Below are positions 46,167-55,182 of a DNA stretch of 64,000 bases, piece after piece. Below the pieces are notes generated by a model. It was not told the origin of the DNA, made no database searches, and saw nothing but the letters and a program-made list of their open reading frames with translations. The position numbers were made by a program, and so were the translations under genes. Origin of the DNA: Thermoplasmata archaeon (lineage in GTDB: Archaea; Thermoplasmatota; Thermoplasmata; Lutacidiplasmatales; UBA184); contig JAGWLG010000002.1 of NCBI GenBank assembly GCA_028864975.1, positions 1 through 64,000 on the forward strand, written 5' to 3'. The number at the start of each line of letters is the position of its first letter. Within the stretch, counting starts at the first letter, position 1.

Positions 46167-47153
46167 CTAGAGGTCGGAGGTGACCGCGAGGACCAATGGC
46201 CCGCGCGGTCGCGCAAGCGCCTCGTCCCCATGGGTCGGTCCCTGTCCGCGATCTCGCGCGTACGTCTGTCGAAGCTGGTCGAACTTCCCGGAAAGGAGGA
46301 AGAACTTGCGAAGGCCAGTCACGGATCGGAAGGCCTCCTTGGTCCTCCCCATGCGACGCTGCCTGCCCGAAATCCATGTCCCCTTGAGCTGCAGGTAGGT
46401 CGCCAGGAGAGGGAATCCCACCAAGTTCAGGAGGCGCACGAGCACCGGGGCCGGATGCGCTGGCGCAGGCCTACCACATGTGGGGAGCCTCCACCGAGCG
46501 TAGAGCCGAGGTAGTGCTTCCTGGACCCAGGGCGTGGAAGCGAGGAACTGACGGTAGAACGCCTCCCCGACGACCGGACGAGCGACCAGGAGCTCCCGCG
46601 CCTCCAGCACGCCTCGGCGCGATGCCAGGTATCGTTCGACCTCATCCTCGTCCACCACATGGTTGAAACACCAGACCCGGCCGCCCGCGCGCGGGTGGAA
46701 CCGTAGCGCGGCGTAGACGTAGAGAAGGAACGGCCAGAGAGCGCCGCGACGGGTGATCACGAAGAGGTCGAGGTCGCTCTCGTCCGCCGCCTCCCCATAG
46801 GCCACCGAGCCCGTCACGACAACGCACCGCACCAGGCCGAGCGAAGGGCCCAGCACCTCCGGGAGCTCCTCGAGCGCATGCTTCCACTGTTCCTCAGCCA
46901 CCGCCCTTCGACCCTCGAGGACGGCGCTGGAAGCGAAAGTCCCGGCGGGACGAACCCGGTCCTCCTCGAACGACCCTGTTCCCGGGTGGGCACTCAACCA
47001 CACCTTGAGGTCCTCCGACGTGCGGACCGGCCCTTCGGGGAGGAGAGCGATCAGGTCGTCGGGCGCGATGGCGGTCTGGAGCATAGCCGCGACCTGGAGC
47101 AGGGTCCTCACGCGGTGCTCTTGGTCCTTGAGCTGGTCGGGCGGTCCTCGCAT
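46167..47153 (-). CDS. Pol-beta-superfamily nucleotidyltransferase-domain protein
   Basis: VVVTGSVAYGEAADESDLDLFVIT motif. Start set at MRGPPDQL. Confidence 0.75.
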   Translation of the reverse strand: MRGPPDQLKDQEHRVRTLLQVAAMLQTAIAPDDLIALLPEGPVRTSEDLKVWLSAHPGTGSFEEDRVRPAGTFASSAVLEGRRAVAEEQWKHALEELPEVLGPSLGLVRCVVVTGSVAYGEAADESDLDLFVITRRGALWPFLLYVYAALRFHPRAGGRVWCFNHVVDEDEVERYLASRRGVLEARELLVARPVVGEAFYRQFLASTPWVQEALPRLYARWRLPTCGRPAPAHPAPVLVRLLNLVGFPLLATYLQLKGTWISGRQRRMGRTKEAFRSVTGLRKFFLLSGKFDQLRQTYARDRGQGPTHGDEALARPRGPLVLAVTSDL

Positions 47154-47471
47154 CGCGTGGCCCTCTGCGTCCACCTTTTGCAGGGGAGTCCGCGTCGCGG
47201 TGCGACCATCCGAAAGAGCGGACCGGGCCCTCCCGCGTCGAAGGCGAGGGTGTCGGTGACCCCATCCAGGGGCACCCGTAGGCGTCGCGCCTACGAAGCC
47301 TTCGCCGCCGTCGACGGCGCACATCACCACGGAAGTCTCTCCCCGAGCCTTTGAGGTAGGCCGAGGGAGAAGCTGGTTCTCCTGATTCTCAAGCGTGGAA
47401 AGCGGCGGGCCCTGGAGCGGGCTCGACCCCCATATCCCCCCCGGGGGAGCGCTCGGCACGGCGACCCTGCC

Positions 47472-48140
47472 CTACTTCGCGGCCCTAGGTGCGGCCTCGC
47501 TCGCACGTGGAGGACCCGTCCCCCCACGTCGACGGGCAGCGCGAAGGCAGAGGACGAGCGCGGTGACGACGACGACGACGGCCGCGACGACCGCGATGAT
47601 CGCGAACGTGTCCCCGTCCAGCTGGGGCGAGGAGGGGTTCGCTGAGGTCCCGGGAAGGACAGAAACCAGGCCCTGCATCGAGGGGTAGTGGTACCGGCAA
47701 ATGAACTGATAGGTCCCCCAGTTCGGGAACGTCACCGTGAACGACGCGGTCTGCGAACCGTTCAGGGATCGGTCGGCGAGAAGGTTGGGCCACGTGAACC
47801 AGTCTCCCGGTGCGGTCCCCGGACTGGTGCCGGAAGGTGCGGTCTGATTAACGAGCGAGGAGAGCGTGAACGTGTGGGAGGCCGTTCCCGCATCGGTGAC
47901 GGTGAAAGTGACGGTCCGTGAGCTGACGCTTGGGCTGGAGGGAACGAAGCTCAGTTGGTCCGTCACTTGAAGGCTGATGGTTGCGGTAGCCCCGCTGCCG
48001 GCCGAGGGGACGTACCTCGGCGGCGCCCCCGGCCCCATACCCTGAGAGAGGGTCGGGACGATGAGGAAGAGTAGGACCAGAAAGGCGACCGCTCCCGTCT
48101 TGAGGTGGAGAGACCGGGTGAGGGGTTCCGGCGGCATCAT
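47472..48140 (-). CDS. Membrane-anchored cupredoxin (type-1 copper protein)
   Basis: Signal-like N-terminus, SHTF histidine, YQFICRYHYPSM ligand loop, C-terminal TM anchor with basic tail. Confidence 0.8.
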   Translation of the reverse strand: MMPPEPLTRSLHLKTGAVAFLVLLFLIVPTLSQGMGPGAPPRYVPSAGSGATATISLQVTDQLSFVPSSPSVSSRTVTFTVTDAGTASHTFTLSSLVNQTAPSGTSPGTAPGDWFTWPNLLADRSLNGSQTASFTVTFPNWGTYQFICRYHYPSMQGLVSVLPGTSANPSSPQLDGDTFAIIAVVAAVVVVVTALVLCLRAARRRGGTGPPRASEAAPRAAK

Positions 48141-48305
48141 GGCGCTTCCCTGCCCTTCCCACGCGCAGCGGAGGAGGGGCGCTCTCCCCAGGGGAGGGTG
48201 ACTGGCCCGGAGGGGGCGGGCGACGTGGACGTCACGAGGGTGGGTTCGCCATGAAGGTCTTCGTCGCAGGTCTCCACCGGATCGCTCGCGGCATGACCTC
48301 TCCAC

Positions 48306-48959
48306 TCACGAGGTGAGAGATAGTTCGGGCGATGATTCTCGAATGTGAGGACGCCCGCGCCCTCCTCGTGAACGGTATGGCCTTCCTTCTCCGAGCACGC
48401 TTGGGTCCCGTATCGTGACCACCGCGAGGGTTCCGCCCCACAGCAGTCCTGGGTAATCGATGAGCCGTTCCGCCCCTCCCGCTCCCACCGTGCCGTACGC
48501 CCCCGTGAGCGTCATCAGCAACCCCACCGAGGCCACTCCTATGATGGATGCCGTGAAGATCGTGAGCCTGCGCCGCCGATCATGCAGGAAGGTCCAGAAG
48601 AAGGCCCAGATCGCGATCGCCGGCAGAACATAGAGGAGGAGGCCGAAGACCCAGTGGACCTCGGTGCCCTCGGGGAAGACCCCGGCCAGCACAAGATCGG
48701 AACCGAGCACGGTCACGACCGGTCGCCCGTATCGGAACCTACCCGGGAGGCCTTGGGCGAAGAGGGCGGTCGTCAACCCTAGCCCCGCGAGCGTTCCGTT
48801 GAAGAGGGAGGCCAGGGTGGGGTCCCCCACGCCGAGCGCGGCGATGGGTCCGACCGTGGTTGAATAACCGACCCGGATGGCCTGCTCGAACATGAGGACC
48901 GCGGCGAAGAGCACGACCCCTACCAGGAGGACGCTCGGGCCCAACCTCGGGGCTCTCAT
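48306..48959 (-). CDS. DUF998-like membrane protein
   Basis: GYS...IAALG, LFN, GVFPE...HW, GGAERL motifs. Confidence 0.7.
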   Translation of the reverse strand: MRAPRLGPSVLLVGVVLFAAVLMFEQAIRVGYSTTVGPIAALGVGDPTLASLFNGTLAGLGLTTALFAQGLPGRFRYGRPVVTVLGSDLVLAGVFPEGTEVHWVFGLLLYVLPAIAIWAFFWTFLHDRRRRLTIFTASIIGVASVGLLMTLTGAYGTVGAGGAERLIDYPGLLWGGTLAVVTIRDPSVLGEGRPYRSRGGRGRPHIRESSPELSLTS

Positions 48960-49000
48960 CCAACACGTCATCATCGTACCCACCCTTAGAGCGGGCCTGC

Positions 49001-49297
49001 TCAGCTGGTTCGCATCTCCACGGAAGCGACGAGGAGCGAAACCCCCGCGAGAGATGCCCCGGAGCTGATCGCCGTGCACCAGAAGAGGTCCCCTGTCGCG
49101 AAGTACATCGTGGTCCACGCGAGCGGCGTTCCGATTGCCATGACGGCCAAGCCGAGCCCGAGCAAGAGCATGGGACGCGAGTGGCGGGACCGGTACGCCA
49201 CGACCGCCCGTACCACGAGGAACCCGCCAAGAGCGGCCAGGGCCACGAAGAGGACCCAAAGCGGCCAGAGCGCGAGGATCTCAACGACTTCGCTCAT
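49001..49297 (-). CDS. Small three-TM membrane protein paired with a wHTH regulator
   Basis: VAYRSRHSRPMLLLGLG; start overlaps the stop of the wHTH gene. Confidence 0.7.
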   Translation of the reverse strand: MSEVVEILALWPLWVLFVALAALGGFLVVRAVVAYRSRHSRPMLLLGLGLAVMAIGTPLAWTTMYFATGDLFWCTAISSGASLAGVSLLVASVEMRTS

Positions 49298-49719
49298 CGC
49301 TCACCACCCTTCCTCAGCTCCTCCCAAAGGTCCGCCATCCGCTCGGACGCAAGGACCCGGAACTTCGCCAGGACCTGCACGCCCCCGCCCCCGAAATGGA
49401 CCGTTCCTTCGGCAAGGAGCGAGCGGAACAGGTCCGTGCGCCTCCCCTCGGTCGAGAGCACGGAACGTTGGACCCCCACCAGTCCTGCCCCCTGAAGCTC
49501 CCCGAGCTTGCGATAGACCGAGCTCTGGGGGACCGAGAGCTCCCGCAAGAGATCTTGGACCGTACGGGGCCGGTCGTTGAGCAACGTGAGGATCGCACGG
49601 CAGGAAGGGTCTCCCAGGGCCGCCAAGATCGCCTCCTCACGCTCGACGGAGACTCTGCCGAGCTGGGTAGCGCCAAGGTCCTGCGCTTCATGCTGTCCAT
49701 CGTTACCGGGATCGGACAT
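49294..49719 (-). CDS. ArsR-like winged-helix transcriptional regulator
   Basis: ILAALGDPSCRAIL...TVQDL...VPQSSVYRKLGELQGAGLV. Confidence 0.88.
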   Translation of the reverse strand: MSDPGNDGQHEAQDLGATQLGRVSVEREEAILAALGDPSCRAILTLLNDRPRTVQDLLRELSVPQSSVYRKLGELQGAGLVGVQRSVLSTEGRRTDLFRSLLAEGTVHFGGGGVQVLAKFRVLASERMADLWEELRKGGER

Positions 49720-49943
49720 GATGCACCTTCGGATGGTTCCCGAATCTGGTAACGGTCTCCCCGACGAGGTCCGAAGCTTCCCACCTCTTATTCCTCACGT
49801 GGCGACCAACACGGGTTCAGAGGCGGGACGGGGCCTCGAGCCCGCGAAGCTGAGCTCGCTTGCGTCTTGAGGTCGCGGACCTGACCTCCCTCCATCCCCT
49901 TTTTCGGGTCGGTGACGGTCCCCCCACCGACTTGGAGCGGGGC

Positions 49944-50837
49944 ATGGAGGGAACGGGCCCCGTCGAGCTCACGCGGGAGGTGAACGGCGCTCCCGCTCAC
50001 TTCGTGGAGGAGGGGGCCGGTCCCTCGCTGCTCTTCGTGCACGACCTGATGGAATCCCTCGTGGCGTTCGGCCCCCTGGTGCACGAGCTAGGGCCCCGCT
50101 ATCGGAAGGTCTTGGTGGACCTCCCGGGTCTGGGGAAGACCCCGGTGCCAGAAGGTTGGGACTACACCCTCGCTTCGTACGGCGCGTTCCTGAACGGGGC
50201 GTTGCGAGAGTCGGCGTGCCGCGACACGACCCTCATCTTGCATGGGTTCGGGGTCCTGGTGGGGTTGGAAGCGCTCTCGGTCGAGGCGGGCGAGGCCTCC
50301 CGACGCGTCTCCCGCGTGGTGCTCCTGAACGGCCCGCTCTACGACGACGACTCCGCGAGCGTGCTCTCCTTCCTGAAGCGGGGGCCCTTCGAGGCGTTGA
50401 CCTCGGCACCGCCCATGGACCTCGGGACGTACCGACGGCTCGTCCTGAAGCGGTTCGGGGACCCGACCTACTTCGACGAGGGCCAGGTCGAGGACCTCTA
50501 CCACGGCTGGGGACGACACGGGCCCTCGACCGTGCGTGCCGTCGCGCGACACCTACCGGAACTGCGGGAAGCCCTTCCCCGCCTCCGCTCGAGCCTCTCG
50601 AAATGGGGAGGACCGGTCTACGTGTACTGGGGAGAGGACGACCCCTTCCTCGGGAGCGAGGCCGCGCACCGGCTGGGGCGCGAGGTGCGCCGGGCGAAGG
50701 TCCTGATCTTCCCCGAGGTCGGGTACCTCCCGCACGAGGAGGCTCCACGCTCGATCTCCGACCATCTGCGGAAGGTCGTGCGCGTGGCGAGGCCCCGTGC
50801 CCTTCCTCCCGGACCCTCGGCGCCTCCTGTCGCGTAG
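49944..50837 (+). CDS. Alpha/beta-hydrolase-fold protein with degenerate catalytic residues
   Basis: EEGAGPSLLFVH, VDLPGLG, WGEDDPFL. The nucleophile elbow reads LHGFG and the His loop reads GYLP. Confidence 0.8.
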   Translation: MEGTGPVELTREVNGAPAHFVEEGAGPSLLFVHDLMESLVAFGPLVHELGPRYRKVLVDLPGLGKTPVPEGWDYTLASYGAFLNGALRESACRDTTLILHGFGVLVGLEALSVEAGEASRRVSRVVLLNGPLYDDDSASVLSFLKRGPFEALTSAPPMDLGTYRRLVLKRFGDPTYFDEGQVEDLYHGWGRHGPSTVRAVARHLPELREALPRLRSSLSKWGGPVYVYWGEDDPFLGSEAAHRLGREVRRAKVLIFPEVGYLPHEEAPRSISDHLRKVVRVARPRALPPGPSAPPVA

Positions 50838-50838
50838 C

Positions 50839-51633
50839 ATGCCCGAGTTCGACCTCGTCGCGCCGCTCTACGACGCCACACGTCGGCCGCCCTCCCCGGC
50901 CGAGCTGGGGGCCGTCGCGGAAGCCTTGCAGACGTGCACCGAGGTTCTCGAAGCCGGCGTAGGGACAGGGAGGTTCGCGAAACCGCTCTCCGACCGAGGC
51001 TTCCACCTCACGGGGGTCGACATCTCCCGGGAAATGCTGAAGAGGGCCGGCGAGAAGGGCCTGCCGCGGCTTCTCCAGGCGGACGTCCACCGGCTCCCGT
51101 TCCGTGATGGGGCCTTCGAGGCGAGCCTCATCATCCATGTCCTGCAGCTCATCCCGGAGCCTGCGCGCGCGCTCGAGGAGCTCGCGCGGGTGGCAAGGGA
51201 GCGCGTGGTCGCCCACCTCCCCGACCACCGATCGGGGGGGCTCGCGCTGCGAGGAGAACTGCTGCAGCGCTACGGCGAGATCGCCGCCGAGATGGGGCAC
51301 CCACTCCCCCCACGTCGTCGCTTTTGGGAGAACACCGAGCGCGTGCTGAGGGACCTCCCACCGGAGCGCGTCTTCGTGGTGGAGGAGGACATCAGCCCTC
51401 CGACGGACCCCGAGATGCGATGGAGGGACCTGCGCGGGTTCGGGGGGCTCATCACGGTCCCCCCCGAAATGCACGAACGGATCGTGGCAAGGCTCCTGGA
51501 GGAAGGTCGAGGGGATGAGCTCCCGCTCGGACCGCGGACGCGCACCCTCCGTGTGGCGGTCTGGGAAACGTCAGGGCTCCGTCAGCTCATGAAGAACCGT
51601 TCTGAACGACGCAACGGGGGTTTGCGCTTCTGA
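50839..51633 (+). CDS. Class I SAM-dependent methyltransferase
   Basis: VLEAGVGTGRF, GVDISREML, ADVHRLPF. Confidence 0.9.
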   Translation: MPEFDLVAPLYDATRRPPSPAELGAVAEALQTCTEVLEAGVGTGRFAKPLSDRGFHLTGVDISREMLKRAGEKGLPRLLQADVHRLPFRDGAFEASLIIHVLQLIPEPARALEELARVARERVVAHLPDHRSGGLALRGELLQRYGEIAAEMGHPLPPRRRFWENTERVLRDLPPERVFVVEEDISPPTDPEMRWRDLRGFGGLITVPPEMHERIVARLLEEGRGDELPLGPRTRTLRVAVWETSGLRQLMKNRSERRNGGLRF

Positions 51634-51726
51634 CGGGGCTCCGGGCGCGTGTCTCCTCGATCGCAGCCTGCCAGGGCGACCACTTCTGGTTGCCCCAGAT
51701 GGCCGTCCTTCAACAACGCTCAACCC

Positions 51727-51732
51727 TTTAAT
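51727..51732 (+). promoter_or_regulatory. Probable TATA box of the second toxin-antitoxin pair
   Basis: TTTAAT in an AT-rich patch ~24 nt before GTG 51756, the spacing expected for a leaderless transcript. Confidence 0.45.
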
Positions 51733-51755
51733 GCAATGTAGTCATGTGTAGTTCC

Positions 51756-52106
51756 GTGGTAGAGGATCAGGTCACGACGATCCGTCTTGGACGCGACATG
51801 CTCGCGCTCTTCGACCGCATGGCCAAGAAGCTGGAGGTTGAGCGTTCCACCCTCCTTCGGCGGGCCCTGATCAAGGGGGCGAGGGCTGTCCTGCTGGACG
51901 AAGCCCTGTCGCAGTACCTCCGAGGGGACCTGAGCGCAGGGGCGGCCTCCGAGTGGGCCGGCGTGAGCTACATCGAGTTCCTGGACGAACTGAAGGCACG
52001 ACGGCTCCCCTATCTCGCCGACAACGAGGGCATCGCCGAGGAGCTGGCCGAGTTCAGGTCCAAGACCAAGACCCAGGTGAGTTCGGGTGCGCGCCGTCAT
52101 CGTTGA
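51756..52106 (+). CDS. UPF0175-family antitoxin with N-terminal ribbon-helix-helix
   Basis: VTTIRL...ERSTLLRRAL, then YLRGDLSAGAASEWAGVSYIEFLDEL. Confidence 0.82.
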   Translation: MVEDQVTTIRLGRDMLALFDRMAKKLEVERSTLLRRALIKGARAVLLDEALSQYLRGDLSAGAASEWAGVSYIEFLDELKARRLPYLADNEGIAEELAEFRSKTKTQVSSGARRHR

Positions 52107-52581
52107 CACATCTGCCCTCATCTTCCTGGGACGGCTCCACCGCCTCCGCCTCGCCCAGGTCCTGGGCAGCGTGGTCGTCCCAGGACCTGTGATGGAGGAG
52201 TTGGTCCGCGGACGTGGCAAGGATCCTGACACGGTCGGCCGGGTGGAGGACTGGATCCGGCGCGAGCGTCTGGAGGTGCGCGCCGTGCGGCTACCTCCGG
52301 GGTTCCACCCCAGCCTCGGCGTGGGGGAACGCGCGGTCCTGCGCGCGGCTTCCGAGGAGAAGGACCCGGTCCTCCTCGTCGACGAAGGACCCGCTCGCCG
52401 GGTCGCCAAGCATCTTGGATATCGGGTCTTGAGCACCCCCTACGTCCTGCTGGAAGGCGTTCGCGTGAGGGCCATCACTCCTCTCGAAGGGCAGATGGAC
52501 CTCGACCGGTTGGTCGCCTTGGGCTACTTCCTGGATGCCCGCCTCTTTGCGGAACTCAAGACGATCCTCGGGGAACTCTGA
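52087..52581 (+). CDS. DUF3368-type PIN-domain protein (toxin of the pair)
   Basis: VIVDTSALI, VMEEL, LGVGERAV, LLVDEGPARR; overlaps the antitoxin. Confidence 0.85.
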   Translation: MRAVIVDTSALIFLGRLHRLRLAQVLGSVVVPGPVMEELVRGRGKDPDTVGRVEDWIRRERLEVRAVRLPPGFHPSLGVGERAVLRAASEEKDPVLLVDEGPARRVAKHLGYRVLSTPYVLLEGVRVRAITPLEGQMDLDRLVALGYFLDARLFAELKTILGEL

Positions 52582-52701
52582 GCCGCGCGTTCTTCGACTT
52601 CCGCGCGTTGGAAGCATCCGCAGCCAGGACCGCGGCTCAGAGCGCACGGGACTTCTATCAACCGATGTGAGTGGAGCAGGGTAGGGCGCTGGCCAAGCTC
52701 T

Positions 52702-55053
52702 ATGGAGAGGACCCGCGCTCCTCCGTTCGTGAACGAGGATGCACCGCCAGGCTCGGGGGGGCCCCCTCATGCCGTCGCCTTCCCGTCGGAGCTCCTCGAG
52801 GAGCTTGACCGGGGCAGGGGCTCCCTCCTGCTCCTCCACGGGGGCACGGAGGTCTCTCGTGGTCGTGAGCTCGATGACCTCGCCAACGCCGCACGGAGGC
52901 GCGGCCTGGAGGCGGAGATCCTCGTGGCCGACCCGTTCGAGCAGGAAGTGCCCTTCGGTGCGCTCCTCCCTTGGCTCTCGCGGCTGCTTCCATCCCACCA
53001 CCACGTGAGCGGCCGGGACGCCCCGGCGGAGGCCTGGCTTCCGCTTGTCGCGCTCTCCGGCCTTCTGGCCACCGAGGGGGCACGCCAGGCAACGCTGGAC
53101 CTTTCCCCCGCCGCTTCCGCCGTCCCAGAGCCTTCCCACGAGGGGGCCGAGAACGGTCCCACCGGGGCGCGGGGCTCGGAGAGGCCGGGTCCTCCCCCCG
53201 ACCTCGAAGCTGAATGGCAGTTCGTGCCACCGGAGGACCTACGCGCGGTCCTTCTGGAGCTGGTCGAGGGCCGGGCGCGCAAGGGCCCGACGGTGGTCTG
53301 CGTTCGCCACGCCGAGCACTTGGACTTGGCGGGTCGGGAGTGGTTCCAGCAGCTCGCCCGCGGGCTGGAGCGGCTCCCCCTCCTTGTCTCCCTCTCCTTC
53401 GATACGGAGGGGCCCGAGCTCGCCGGGTGGCGTGGCGTGGGACCCTCCGCCGGCCCGTGCGAGCAGACCCTCCCGCCTGACCCGGGTCGTTCCCCATCCT
53501 CCTCCCCGGGACCCCACCCTACGCCGCCGCGGGCCCTCTCGGCCGAGGACGGAAGACTGCTCGGGGCGGTCGCGCTGGCAGGTCCGGACGCCCATCCCGT
53601 CGCGCTCTCCCAAGCGCTGGGCACGCCTCCCGATTGGACGGAGGCGGGACTCTCCCATCTTGCCGCCCAAGGCTGGATCGAGAGGGAAGGGGGCGTCTGG
53701 CGTCTTTCCTCCCCCGACCGACGTGCGGAGGTGCTCAAAGAGCTAGGCCCCGCCACGGTCGCCCAGCTGCACCGTGGGCTAGCGGCCATGCTGGAGAAGC
53801 TCCATCCGGTCCCCCGAGGGAAGGTCCTCTTTCGCCTGGGGGACCACTGGGCGGAGGCGGGGGGGGTCGAGTCGGGGTTCCCCCGGCTCCTGGCGTCGGC
53901 CGTGGAGTGTGAGCGCTGGGGCGCCCCAGTCATGGCGGAGACACGCCTGAGGCGAGCTCTTCTTCTGGCCCAAGGGGAGGCGGGAGCCCGGGGTCGTGAG
54001 CTCGAGGAGATCGCCTACTCGCGGATCTCTGCGGTCCGCTACCGTTCCTCCGATCCGTCGGGTGCCCTCGAGGCGGTCCGCCGCGCCCTGGCGCTCGCCC
54101 GGGGGCGGGGGACGAGCGTCCATCAATGGGCCTTGTACGTCGCTCGTGCTGGGATGGCCCAGGTGGACCTGGGAGAGGACCCCGAGGCCGAGCTCACCGC
54201 GACGCTCGAGAAGGTGCGGGGTCAGTTCCCCGAGGTGGAGGCCGAGCTGCTGAGGGTCCGAGCGGTCAATCGATTCTCCCACGGCCGCTCGGGGGAGGCG
54301 ATCGATGATGCGGAGCGGGCGTGCGCGCTGCTGGAGGGTTCCCCGAACGCTGCGGCGCGCGTGCGCGTCCAGATCGCGGCGGCGGGGACCTGCCTCTTCA
54401 GCGGTGGAGACCCGGAGAAGGCCCGGGAACACCTCTTGCAGGCCCTCGACCTCCGCGGGGGCGTGGAAGGTGGGCCCGACCAGGGGCTCATCGTCGCGGT
54501 GCTGGACCAGCTCTCCCAGGTGGAGTTCAACCTAGGACGGTACGCCCCGGCCCTCGCGCGAGGGGAGGAGGCCATCCGGGAGGCGCGACGGCTGGGGACG
54601 CGACAGGGCCTGGCCGACGCCCTCGGGAACACCGCGGAGGCGGCCTGCGCGGCGGGGGACCCCGCCCGCGCGGCGGCCCTGGCCGAGGAGCTCCGTGGGC
54701 TCTGCTCTCGGTACCGCATCCCCGAGCCGGACGCGAGCCACCTCCAGCTCCTCCTCGTCGAGGGGCTGGTCGCCGAGGCGGGGGGGGACCCGAAGGAGGC
54801 CCTCGTGAGGTTCGAGCGCCTGGTCGCGGTGGCAGAGAAGGCGGGGAAGTTGAACTACCTCGGCCAGGCCCTGATCCAGAAGGCCCTCCTCCTGGAGCGG
54901 ACCGGGGACCGGAACGGGGCGCGGGCCCTGATCGGCCGTCTCCACCGGGGCGGGTTGGTGAGGAACCTCCCCGCGGACAACCGGAAGAAGCTCGCCGGTC
55001 TCGAGGCGAGGTTAGCCCCCGCGGCATCCGAAGGATCGACCCGACAGCGATAG
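52702..55053 (+). CDS. Degenerate STAND-like ATPase/TPR protein
   Basis: Same overall layout as 1469-4519, but Walker A reads LHGGTEVSRG and Walker B reads VCVRHAEHLD; TPR-like C-terminus. Confidence 0.7.
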   Translation: MERTRAPPFVNEDAPPGSGGPPHAVAFPSELLEELDRGRGSLLLLHGGTEVSRGRELDDLANAARRRGLEAEILVADPFEQEVPFGALLPWLSRLLPSHHHVSGRDAPAEAWLPLVALSGLLATEGARQATLDLSPAASAVPEPSHEGAENGPTGARGSERPGPPPDLEAEWQFVPPEDLRAVLLELVEGRARKGPTVVCVRHAEHLDLAGREWFQQLARGLERLPLLVSLSFDTEGPELAGWRGVGPSAGPCEQTLPPDPGRSPSSSPGPHPTPPRALSAEDGRLLGAVALAGPDAHPVALSQALGTPPDWTEAGLSHLAAQGWIEREGGVWRLSSPDRRAEVLKELGPATVAQLHRGLAAMLEKLHPVPRGKVLFRLGDHWAEAGGVESGFPRLLASAVECERWGAPVMAETRLRRALLLAQGEAGARGRELEEIAYSRISAVRYRSSDPSGALEAVRRALALARGRGTSVHQWALYVARAGMAQVDLGEDPEAELTATLEKVRGQFPEVEAELLRVRAVNRFSHGRSGEAIDDAERACALLEGSPNAAARVRVQIAAAGTCLFSGGDPEKAREHLLQALDLRGGVEGGPDQGLIVAVLDQLSQVEFNLGRYAPALARGEEAIREARRLGTRQGLADALGNTAEAACAAGDPARAAALAEELRGLCSRYRIPEPDASHLQLLLVEGLVAEAGGDPKEALVRFERLVAVAEKAGKLNYLGQALIQKALLLERTGDRNGARALIGRLHRGGLVRNLPADNRKKLAGLEARLAPAASEGSTRQR

Positions 55054-55182
55054 GAGGTGGGGGGCCACCGTGCCCCTCGGTGCGCCCCCCCTTCGACCCA
55101 CCTCGCGCTCCGACGTGCCGGCCGGAACGTGACGATGACGCCCCACGGCTCCCCGGGAGCGTCGCGTCCCTCACCCGTGCCG

